Shown: in pieces, positions 1 through 6,809 of the stretch
How positions within the stretch are numbered: position 1 is the stretch's first letter
Layout of the letters: every line of letters begins with the position of its first letter
Assembly: GCA_964247925.1 (NCBI GenBank)
Contig: CAXTWJ010000001.1
Coordinates: forward strand, 1 to 36,068
From: an uncultured Sphingomonas sp.
GTDB lineage: Bacteria; Pseudomonadota; Alphaproteobacteria; Sphingomonadales; Sphingomonadaceae
Direction: 5' to 3'
Length of the DNA: 36,068 bases
Made by a program: the position numbers and the translations under genes
Notes under the pieces: generated by a model
What the model saw: the letters and a program-made list of their open reading frames with translations, nothing else
Told to the model about the DNA's origin: nothing
Databases searched by the model: none

Positions 1-150
1 CCAGCGCCCGTCGCCGAGATGGATCACGTCCCGCCCGTGCGGCCGCCCGCAGCCCTCACATCGCCCGCCCGCGCGCCGGAACCGCACCAGCCGCGACAGC
101 TCGGACCAATCGATCGGGTACAGCCAGCGATGCTCCGGGCGGATCGGCAT
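1..150 (-). CDS. Partial (5' end) conserved alphaproteobacterial hypothetical protein with CxxC, HNH-nuclease-like family
   Basis: Not in the ORF track because it runs off the edge. Manual translation from ATG at 150: MPIRPEHRWLYPIDWSELSRLVRFRRAGGRCEGCGRPHGRDVIHLGDGRW. The MPIRP...YPxDW...RAGGRCExCG pattern resembles zinc-ribbon/HNH-like plasmid and phage proteins. Confidence 0.7.
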   Translation of the reverse strand, partial: MPIRPEHRWLYPIDWSELSRLVRFRRAGGRCEGCGRPHGRDVIHLGDGRW

Positions 151-229
151 CGCGATTCCATGAGTCACGCGCGGCCGGAACGAAAGGGAAATATGCGCGG
201 CCACAGGCGCGCCACCCTCACGATCCGGC

Positions 230-1408
230 CTATGGCCTGTCTGGTATTACGCGTGCCATGAACTGGTCGAACAGTGGAACCGTAAAGGCGGTGTCGCCGT
301 GGGCGGGGCTGTAGAGCATGCCCTTTGCAATCAGGCTGTTGCGGGTGGGCGCCACGGATGACACCTTGACGCCCAGCCGGTCGGCGATGTCGCCCGAGCG
401 GTGCGGCCCCGCGCCCAGCGCCGCCATCGCGCGCAGGTAGCGCTTCTCGGCGGGCGTCAGCCGGTCGAAGCGCACCCGGAAGAAGCTGGCGTCCAGCTCC
501 GCCAGCGCGGTCACGCGCGCGGCGCCGATGTCGGCGGCGGTGATCGGCGAGGCGTCGGCCGCGTCCCAGCCGTGCTTGCCCCATTCCTGGATGAAATAGG
601 GGTAGCCGCCGGTGTCCCGCACGATCGCGGCGACCGCGACCGCGTCGATTCGCTCGCCCTCGCGCTCGATCGGCAGGCGAATCGCGGCGCCGGCCGCTTC
701 CGCGTCGAGCGGGCCCAGGCGCACGAACTCGAACAAGCGCTCGGCATAGGATTTGGCGCGGCCCATCTGGCCCAGCAGCTGCGGCAGCCCCGCGCCCACC
801 AGCGTCACGGGGAGACGCAGCTGGCTCGCCCGGTGCAGCGCGCTGATCAGCGCCGCCAGCTGGTCCTTGGCCACGTACTGCAGCTCGTCGACGATCAGCA
901 CGAGGGCGCTGCCCCGCTCGCGCGCGGCCTCGCCCACCGCCACCAGCAGGTCGGCAAGGTCGAGGTCGAGGTCGCCGGAATCCGCGAGGCCCGGCTCGGG
1001 CTCGAGGTCCAGCGCCACCTCGAAATCGTCGTACCGAAGCTTGAGCTTGGCGAAGCCCGCCAGCGCCCGGAGCGCGCGCTTCACGCCCTCGCCGGCGCGC
1101 GTCATCCGGTCGAGCCGGAGCAGGCCCGCGCGCAGCGACGGCACGATCAGCGCTGGAAGCGAGCGGTGCTCGGGCGCCTCGACCGCGACCGCGAGCATCC
1201 GCTCGGCTTCCACCGCCTCGCGCACCGCGCCCAGCAGCACCGTCTTGCCGACCCCGCGCAGCCCGTGAAAGACCGTGGAGCGCGCCGCCCGGCCCGCCCG
1301 GATGCGATCCAGCGCGATTAGCGTGCGCCCCAGCAGCGGCTCGCGGCCGGCGAGCTCGGGCGGCGGCGTGCCGGCACCGGGCGCGAACGGGTTGCGACGC
1401 GGGTCCAT
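230..1408 (-). CDS. AAA family ATPase (AAA_16-like N-domain, C-terminal winged helix)
   Basis: Start at MDPRRNPFAPGAG (ATG 1408); NPF-PG-G-PP-LAGRE N-terminus, Walker A GLRGVGKT, Walker B LIVDELQ, TGGYPYFIQ motif, HTH-like tail. The upstream in-frame extension to 1516 is AT-richer and probably non-coding. Confidence 0.85.
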   Translation of the reverse strand: MDPRRNPFAPGAGTPPPELAGREPLLGRTLIALDRIRAGRAARSTVFHGLRGVGKTVLLGAVREAVEAERMLAVAVEAPEHRSLPALIVPSLRAGLLRLDRMTRAGEGVKRALRALAGFAKLKLRYDDFEVALDLEPEPGLADSGDLDLDLADLLVAVGEAARERGSALVLIVDELQYVAKDQLAALISALHRASQLRLPVTLVGAGLPQLLGQMGRAKSYAERLFEFVRLGPLDAEAAGAAIRLPIEREGERIDAVAVAAIVRDTGGYPYFIQEWGKHGWDAADASPITAADIGAARVTALAELDASFFRVRFDRLTPAEKRYLRAMAALGAGPHRSGDIADRLGVKVSSVAPTRNSLIAKGMLYSPAHGDTAFTVPLFDQFMARVIPDRP

Positions 1409-1530
1409 GCGCAGGTTATGCAGGTTTATGGATTTCTTGTAAACCTGATCAAACTCGCTTGAGACTGAGGCGGCGGGCATTCCTGGTAGCGCTAAGGTGA
1501 GCCGGATAACGATCACTCCTCACCGTCACC

Positions 1531-1732
1531 TATTACGCGTGCCTCATGCCGCTGAGCGCCGTTCCCCAATTTTTTCAAATTCATCAACTGGGCAGGAATC
1601 AGCCCGGAGGATCGTGAGCAGCGTCAGTTGAATGAGAAGCGAGTTCCCGACCTCGCAGATTACATCCTGGAGAATGAGGACAACTACCTGTTCTCCTCCT
1701 TCACGGCCTCCTACAAATCAGAGCCCATTTTC
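1531..1732 (+). pseudogene. Fragment of a DndB/DGQHR-domain protein, frameshifted and truncated at both ends
   Basis: Removing one T from the T6 run (1570-1575) gives YYACLMPLSAVPQFFKFINWAGISPEDREQRQLNEKRVPDLADYILENEDNYLFSSFTASYKSEPIF. This resembles the DndB N-terminal pattern YY...PL..P..F...PE.R.QR.LN..R.P..A.YIL.N...Y.FS..TAS (recalled, not searched). Confidence 0.6.
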
Positions 1733-1757
1733 CTTGATCGCCATCCAGCTTTCTGCC

Positions 1758-1853
1758 CTAGGTCGCTCGGCGCTGTATCGTCGGCTCCCGTTGCCGCAAG
1801 TGCTCATCCGGCCCGCCGACCAGGCTGTAGACGAACCGCTCCGTGGTGTTCAT
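1758..1853 (-). pseudogene. Short 31-codon ORF coupled to the resolvase stop, probably a truncated gene
   Basis: ATG overlaps the resolvase TGA (ATGA). MNTTERFVYSLVGGPDEHLRQREPTIQRRAT ends at TAG near the junction with the dndB-like fragment. Confidence 0.3.
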
Positions 1854-2419
1854 GCCGACCGCTCCCGCTCGCGGATACGCCGGATGGTTCTGGGCGACAC
1901 GCGGTACTCGCGCGCCAGCTCCTTGCCGGGCTCGCCCGCGTCCAGCCGCCGCTTGATCTTCGCGGCCGTCATCGCGTCGATCGCGCGTCTGCGGCCCAAC
2001 AGCTTGCCCCGCGCCCGCGCGGCGGCAAGCCCGTTGTTCACGCGCTCGCGGGTAGTCTCCGCCTCCAGCTCGGCCCAAATGGCGGCGAACCCCATCATGG
2101 CGCGGCCCATCGGGGTCGAGGTGTCGAACTGCTCCGCCAGGCTGCGAAGCGACGCGCCGCGTTCGCGGATGCGCTCGCCGATCGCGTAGAAGTCAGCGAC
2201 CGACCGGCTGATGCGGTCGAACCGGAACACCGTCACCATGTCGCCCTGATCCAGCTTGTCCACCAGCTCGGCAAGGGCCGGGCGCGCCTTGCGCCCGCTC
2301 GCCTGCTCCTCGATGATTTCGGTGCATCCGGCCGTCTCAAGCGCGCGGCGCTGGGCATCACGGCCCATGTCCTGCCGCCCGGTGGATACCCGCACATAGC
2401 CGTAAACGGTGCCGGTCAT
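1850..2419 (-). CDS. Small serine recombinase (resolvase/invertase) with C-terminal HTH
   Basis: YGYVRVSTGRQ with catalytic Ser, SGRKARP, FDRISRS, DTSTPMGR, AELE...RER...GL.AARARG..LGR, HTH tail; 189 aa. Confidence 0.95.
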   Translation of the reverse strand: MTGTVYGYVRVSTGRQDMGRDAQRRALETAGCTEIIEEQASGRKARPALAELVDKLDQGDMVTVFRFDRISRSVADFYAIGERIRERGASLRSLAEQFDTSTPMGRAMMGFAAIWAELEAETTRERVNNGLAAARARGKLLGRRRAIDAMTAAKIKRRLDAGEPGKELAREYRVSPRTIRRIRERERSA

Positions 2420-2421
2420 TT

Positions 2422-2486
2422 CGCCCCCTGTTTACGTCCGCGCCAAGGCCCTGGAAAACCGTAGCAGGCGGAAGGGGGCGTAAACA
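2422..2486. promoter_or_regulatory. Candidate res site / resolvase promoter with inverted repeats
   Basis: CGCCCCCT (2422-2429) pairs with AGGGGGCG (2473-2480), and TGTTTACG (2429-2436) pairs with CGTAAACA (2479-2486), directly upstream of the resolvase start. Confidence 0.4.
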
Positions 2487-2552
2487 CTTGTTTCTGTCCG
2501 CTTGCTGGGCCGAAGGTCCGGCCCTCCGGGTCAGGTGGGCGGGATATACAAC

Positions 2553-2609
2553 AGTACCTTGCCCGAGACCATCGCGGCTCGGCTGGGCGCGAAGGGAGGG
2601 GTCGTATGA
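2553..2609 (+). pseudogene. C-terminal remnant of an upstream ParB/RepB-like partner gene
   Basis: Frame STLPETIAARLGAKGGVV* ends in a TGA overlapping the ATG of 2606 (ATGA). It resembles the TLP..LA.RL tail of the first protein in tandem ParB/RepB pairs. Confidence 0.4.
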
Positions 2610-3499
2610 GCGCGAGAAAGCCGGTCGTGCCCGTCAGACTCGCGTTCGAGGAAGCAAGCCTCCGCATTCCAATCGACGCTATCATGCCGCTCCGGTCGGT
2701 ATCCGCGGCCGTGAAGAAGTCAGTAAAGTACGGCCAGATCGCCGCGTCGATCGCCGAGGTGGGCATTATCGAACCGCCTGCGGTCGCGAGGGATGCAGCC
2801 GATACGACCCGCTACCACCTGCTCGACGGGCACCTGCGAGTAGAGATCATGCGCGAGCGCGGTGAGACCGAGGTCGTGTGCCTCGTCGCGACCGACGACG
2901 AGGCGTTCACCTACAACAAGCGCGTGAGCCGCATCGCGATCATCCAGGAGCACAAGATGATCCTGAACGCGGTCAGGAAAGGCGTGTCGGAAGAGCGGCT
3001 CGCCCGCGCGCTGAACGTCGACATCGCCAACATTCGCGTGAAGCGCAACTTGCTGGTCGGCATCTGCCCGGAAGCCGCCGATCTGCTCAAGGACAGGCAT
3101 GTGCCGATCCATGTGTTCACCGAACTTAGGTTCCTGAAGCCCGTGCGCCAAGTCGAGGTCGCTCAGGCGATGATTACCACGAACCGGTTCTCGGTCAGCT
3201 ATGCGCGCTCGCTGGTCGCCTCCACGCCCGACGACCAGCTCGTGGCCGGCAAGCCCCGGCGCGTGCCGGGCCTCACCGAAGACCAGGTCGCGACCATGCA
3301 GCGCGAGAGCGAGAACGTGGACCGGCAGTTCCGGCTGATTGAGCAGAGCTACAGCTCCGACCACCTCGATCTGATGCTTGCGACCGGGTACGTTAACCGC
3401 CTGCTCGGCAATGCCCGCGTGGTCCGCCACCTCGCCCGGCACCACGCCGATATCTTGGGCGAGTTCCAGAAGCTCAGCGACCTTCAGAAGGCGGCGTGA
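2606..3499 (+). CDS. ParB-like N-domain / plasmid partitioning RepB C-terminal domain protein
   Basis: SIAEVGIIEPP...YHLLDGHLR (ParB/Srx-type DGHxR), DDEAFTYNKRVSR, QEHKMI...GVSEERLARALNVD; GGAGG RBS upstream. Confidence 0.85.
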   Translation: MSARKPVVPVRLAFEEASLRIPIDAIMPLRSVSAAVKKSVKYGQIAASIAEVGIIEPPAVARDAADTTRYHLLDGHLRVEIMRERGETEVVCLVATDDEAFTYNKRVSRIAIIQEHKMILNAVRKGVSEERLARALNVDIANIRVKRNLLVGICPEAADLLKDRHVPIHVFTELRFLKPVRQVEVAQAMITTNRFSVSYARSLVASTPDDQLVAGKPRRVPGLTEDQVATMQRESENVDRQFRLIEQSYSSDHLDLMLATGYVNRLLGNARVVRHLARHHADILGEFQKLSDLQKAA

Positions 3500-3540
3500 C
3501 CGGACGTCCGCTTGCGCACATCGCCCGGCCACGTTCCCCC

Positions 3541-3633
3541 CTACCGCTTGCGCCGCATGGACCAGATGACGTTCGAGATGGCAGTCAGAAGCGTGGCGAC
3601 CGCGAGCAGCAAGGGTGCATCGACGACGATCAT
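3541..3633 (-). CDS. 30-aa single-TM membrane peptide (type I toxin / SOS peptide-like)
   Basis: MIVVDAPLLLAVATLLTAISNVIWSMRRKR*; SD GGAGGAG (3646-3640) 6 nt before the ATG; hydrophobic core and basic C-terminus; below the ORF-track size cutoff. Confidence 0.7.
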   Translation of the reverse strand: MIVVDAPLLLAVATLLTAISNVIWSMRRKR

Positions 3634-3683
3634 AGGCGACTCCTCCTGCGAACTACCCAATCACATCAGCCATGTGTAGGACA

Positions 3684-3698
3684 GAACGTAGTAAGAAC
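3684..3698. promoter_or_regulatory. Alphaproteobacterial LexA (SOS) box
   Basis: GAAC-GTAGTAA-GAAC is an exact GAAC-N7-GAAC (GTTC-N7-GTTC), 50 nt upstream of the peptide ATG. Confidence 0.65.
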
Positions 3699-3810
3699 AG
3701 GGGGCATGTCCGGTGGCTCGTTAGCTGCCGTTGCCGCGCTGTCGATCGGGCGGCTGAACCGGGAGGGTGACCCCGTCAGACTACAGGTAAATCATTGTTT
3801 TCTGGATAGA

Positions 3811-3920
3811 GGATCGGATGGGATCGAAACAGGATCGGTTGGAGTCACACTCAAATACGGCCTAAGCGTCTGTTAATAGGCGAATAGTAGCAAGCGCAGC
3901 TTGCGTAGGGTGTGCTGCTC
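3811..3920 (+). other. MOB_F-type origin of transfer, copy 1
   Basis: Inverted repeat GCAAGC-GCA-GCTTGC (3890-3904) runs into TTGCGTAGGGTGT^GC (predicted nick 3913/3914), similar to F nic TTTGCGTGGGGTGT^GG. GGATCG repeats upstream. Confidence 0.65.
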
Positions 3921-4072
3921 GCTATCCCGATCGCCCGTGCTCCTGATGGCGATCTGGTCGTTGGGAGAACTACCCGGGTTCGGACCCGGATTTTCGCGGG
4001 GCTAAGGCGCCTTGGCAAGCCGGTCGGGAGACGACGGATACCGCGCCGCCTTCCGATTCCTAACGGACACGC

Positions 4073-4372
4073 TTACCCGACTGGGCTCGCATCCGGTGTC
4101 CTGGTTGGCAGATAAAGCATTTGAACGTACTCCTCGGCCAGCAGCCGCGCCACAGGGAGCGGAAGGCGCCTTACGCTGCCGGTGAACGAGCTGCCGTAGA
4201 ACTCGGGTCGCCCAGGGGCACCTTTGGCCAGAGCCTGGAACCGCTCAACCATCCTATTCACAAGAGCGCGGCCGTCATCATCGCCGAACAGGTAACCTTC
4301 GTCGTCTGGGCTGACCGTGATGCAATCCCAGGCAACATCGGCACGGCCTCGTGCGATCTTCACCATCAGCAT
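4073..4372 (-). CDS. Hypothetical protein (~99 aa)
   Basis: Globular-looking composition from MLMVKIARG (ATG 4372) to the stop at 4073; no recognised motif. Confidence 0.45.
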   Translation of the reverse strand: MLMVKIARGRADVAWDCITVSPDDEGYLFGDDDGRALVNRMVERFQALAKGAPGRPEFYGSSFTGSVRRLPLPVARLLAEEYVQMLYLPTRTPDASPVG

Positions 4373-4526
4373 GGGGCGCCGCGCCGTTGGCACGCCCAAT
4401 AGTGAGCGTCGTTGGCAGCACGGTCGCCCGCCCGGAACTCGGCATAGGCCGGGTAGATAGAGGCGCATCAACACGCATCAGACCAGCCTAGCGTTCCGTT
4501 GCTGGCCAGCAAGGGGGGTGTCGGTA

Positions 4527-4826
4527 TCAGCGCCCTACCGCGCCGTGATAGCGGGCCATACGACGGTCGGTTTCGGTGACAATGCGATCGCGGAACTCGG
4601 GGTGCTGCTCAAGAATGATCGTATCGAGCGCGATCTGGGAATATTCGCTGATACGGTGATGCCGCATCTGGCTCTCGCCGACCAGCTTGTGGCCGAGCAG
4701 ATACTGGTCGATTGCAGTGCGCAGGATGTCGGCCACGAACCGTCCCTGCTCATCCGCGATGGCTTCCAAGCGGAGCAGCTGATGATAATCGAACCTGACG
4801 GTCCGCTGAGCTGACTGTCTTTTCAC
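4527..4826 (-). CDS. Ribbon-helix-helix (CopG/TrwA-like) relaxosome accessory protein
   Basis: QRTVRFD beta-strand followed by LEAIA...VADILRTAIDQYL RHH pattern; AGGAGG RBS; transcribed away from the adjacent oriT-like site. Confidence 0.7.
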   Translation of the reverse strand: MKRQSAQRTVRFDYHQLLRLEAIADEQGRFVADILRTAIDQYLLGHKLVGESQMRHHRISEYSQIALDTIILEQHPEFRDRIVTETDRRMARYHGAVGR

Positions 4827-4978
4827 TCCAACCTCCTAGCAGAGAGGCTGGCGGGGTCTTCGCAAGGCCTCACGATCGTGCCCGCAAACCGATTGGGCCG
4901 CAAGGCAGTAGGCGCAGGAAGCCAAGTGATCCTAGCCGAACCCACGTAAGACTCTGATATTGTTGCGGACCTATCCTG

Positions 4979-5090
4979 GGATCGAGTGGGACCGAAACGG
5001 GGTCCAGTGGGGTCATTCGCCGCAGCACCGCAAGCTGTTGATTTTAACAAGGTGATCCGCAACTACCCTTGCGTTCGGTGTGCTTCTAAT
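4979..5090 (+). other. MOB_F-type origin of transfer, copy 2, with IHF site
   Basis: Inverted repeat CGCAA-CTACCC-TTGCG (5058-5073) runs into TTGCGTTCGGTGT^GC (predicted nick 5081/5082). CAAGCTGTTGATT (5031-5043) is an exact IHF consensus YAANNNNTTGATW. Upstream block is homologous to copy 1. Confidence 0.65.
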
Positions 5091-5211
5091 CTCTGGAAAT
5101 CCCGGCTCCTACACACCCTGAAGGCTTGGGCTCGTCAACTTGAATACCGGCTTCCAGTGAGGCACCCGGGGCGGAGTGATAGCCGGCCAGTGCAGACCCA
5201 TTCCGAAGCTC

Positions 5212-5609
5212 TCAGCGTGCCGAGGCGTTTGGCTCGTCCTGAGCCGCCAATGCTACCCTGAAAGCGACGCGATCCTCGTCACTCATCGTCGCGGCCGCCA
5301 TTACTTGCCGGTCGCGCAAGGCACGCCGTGTCAGCGTGATCAGCCGGGCCAGCTCCGGTGTCTCGAACGGATCGTTGATCGCCAGCTCGCGCGAGCGGTC
5401 GCCGGCGGTGATGGCGAGGTGAAGATGCGCGCGTTCGATGCCGCTGCTCCCCGCTCCGGTCGCGTGAAGAAGCCGATCGCCTCCGCATGGGTGAGCAGCG
5501 CCTCCCAGTCCTCGGGCGCGATCTGGTCGAGCCTACGCCGGTCTTCATGATAGCGGGTGCCGTGCGGCGTGAACCAGCCCGAGATGCCGCACACCAGGAC
5601 CTCCGTCAT
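5212..5609 (-). pseudogene. Frameshifted emfourin (protealysin inhibitor)-like gene
   Basis: Adding one base near 5421 joins MTEVLVCGISGWF...AEAIGFFTRPERGAAASNARIF to HLAITAGDRSRELAINDPFETPELARLITLTRRAL...SAR*. The pattern (FF.P...D/N.F.Y/H.IT..G.R...I.D....P.L..L) resembles emfourin. Confidence 0.45.
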
Positions 5610-6175
5610 GCTGCGGCCTGCGCTCGTCTATCGGAACGTCGCTCGGCAGCAGCCGTCGGGTCAGTATCGGCCGCCCCACGCAAGCGAACGCCTTCCGCCC
5701 AGCACGCTGCCTCGCGCTGCTCAGAGCGCCCGATCTGGACGGCCAGGGTCATGTCCGAGCGTCTCACCCGATAGTCGGGCTGGTCGCCATAGCGCAGGAC
5801 CAGCCAGCCGACGGCACGCTGGGCGACGTCGTCCCCTACGGCCGCGCGGACCGCCCGCAGCCAGCGCTGCGAGGCAAGGGGGTGCCTGGAGATCCAGAAA
5901 GCACGACCACCTTCCAGCCCCGCTACGATCAGCCAGCCAGTCAGGAGGGCGAGCGCCAACACGCCGGACGACTTGGAGTGCCCGATGAGGATCAGCGCCC
6001 AAATCACCGGCAGGAGCGGCGCCAGGATCAGGAACGCAAAGCCAAGACGTGCCATCGACGACCCGCTTACTTCCCAGCGCGCAACCGCACGGTCGAGCAG
6101 GGGGACGCCGTCAATGCCGCCAGTGGGCATGCTCGTCGTATCCGGCCATGGTGCTAGCCGTTCAACTGAGTTCAT
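5606..6175 (-). CDS. Hypothetical membrane protein (2 predicted TM helices, ~189 aa)
   Basis: Real start probably MNSVERL (ATG 6175); hydrophobic stretches LGFAFLILAPLLPVIWALILI and VLALALLTGWLIVAGL; stop overlaps the next ATG (ATGA). The longer 463-aa frame overlaps the XRE gene and is discounted. Confidence 0.6.
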   Translation of the reverse strand: MNSVERLAPWPDTTSMPTGGIDGVPLLDRAVARWEVSGSSMARLGFAFLILAPLLPVIWALILIGHSKSSGVLALALLTGWLIVAGLEGGRAFWISRHPLASQRWLRAVRAAVGDDVAQRAVGWLVLRYGDQPDYRVRRSDMTLAVQIGRSEQREAACWAEGVRLRGAADTDPTAAAERRSDRRAQAAA

Positions 6176-6199
6176 CGGAGTTCTCCGAAGCCGGGCCCA

Positions 6200-6228
6200 C
6201 TCATATACGCTTTGCGCATAGTCGGCAA
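6200..6228 (-). promoter_or_regulatory. Sigma70-like promoter overlapped by a palindromic operator
   Basis: TTGCCG (6228-6223)-17 nt-TATGAG (6205-6200); imperfect palindrome TATACGC-TTT-GCGCATA (6204-6220) between the divergent XRE and membrane-protein genes. Confidence 0.45.
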
Positions 6229-6238
6229 GCCGGGCTAG

Positions 6239-6550
6239 GTGTCGGGCGTGCCCGCTTCCCCTGCCCCGCCCGACCTGCACGCCCGCCTTGTGACGGCGCT
6301 GGCGGACGCGCGCCGGGCGGCGAAGCTGCGGCAGGTCGACCTGGCGGAGCGGCTCGGCTGGCAGCAGGCGTATGTGTCGCGGATGGAGACCGGCGAGCGC
6401 CTGCTGGGGGTCGACGAGTATGTCGCGGTGGCGCGGGCGATCGGGGTCGACCCGGTCGCGCTGCTCAGACTTGTGCTTCAAAGCGGACAGGATGAGCCGA
6501 TTGCCGATACGAAAGAGGAAAATGTTTCCCCTAGCTGGCCTGCGCCATGA
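6239..6550 (+). CDS. XRE-family helix-turn-helix regulator
   Basis: LADARRAAKLRQVDLAERLGWQQAYVSRMETGERLLGVDEYVAVARAIGVDP is a classic HTH_3 motif; start may be the GTG at 6248. Confidence 0.9.
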   Translation: MSGVPASPAPPDLHARLVTALADARRAAKLRQVDLAERLGWQQAYVSRMETGERLLGVDEYVAVARAIGVDPVALLRLVLQSGQDEPIADTKEENVSPSWPAP

Positions 6551-6809
6551 AGCTGACTGTCGCCAATCCGCATTGGATGATGTCTGTAGCCGATCCGCAC
6601 AGCGCGCGCGATACGGCGCTACAGGGCCGTGTGACGGCTCAAGACTTTCCCCCTCTCCTCGCCGCTGATCGGCCCTCCGTGGGCCAAAAACCGGCTCTGC
6701 CAACCGATCTCCTGGGGACTGCCGCCTGAAAGCGAATGCCTCATGCGCCAAGTCATTTTTGCGGAGCTGGGTCGGTCGTTCTGGCGTAATGCCGCTGCCG
6801 TCTGCGGCG

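Noticed and set aside
245-1543. 13-bp direct repeat TATTACGCGTGCC at 245-257 and 1531-1543 around the ATPase gene, as a possible target-site duplication
   Set aside because: Both copies lie inside coding or pseudo-coding frames, there are no terminal repeats or transposase, and a 13-mer match is plausible by chance.
1628-2464. 278-aa plus-strand ORF
   Set aside because: Chimeric: first ~35 codons are the dndB-like fragment, the rest is mostly antisense to the resolvase.
4969-4980. ACCTATCCTG identical to the RP4 nic core
   Set aside because: Followed by GG rather than a pyrimidine, lacks a supporting upstream IR, and abuts the repeat block of the better-supported MOB_F-type site.
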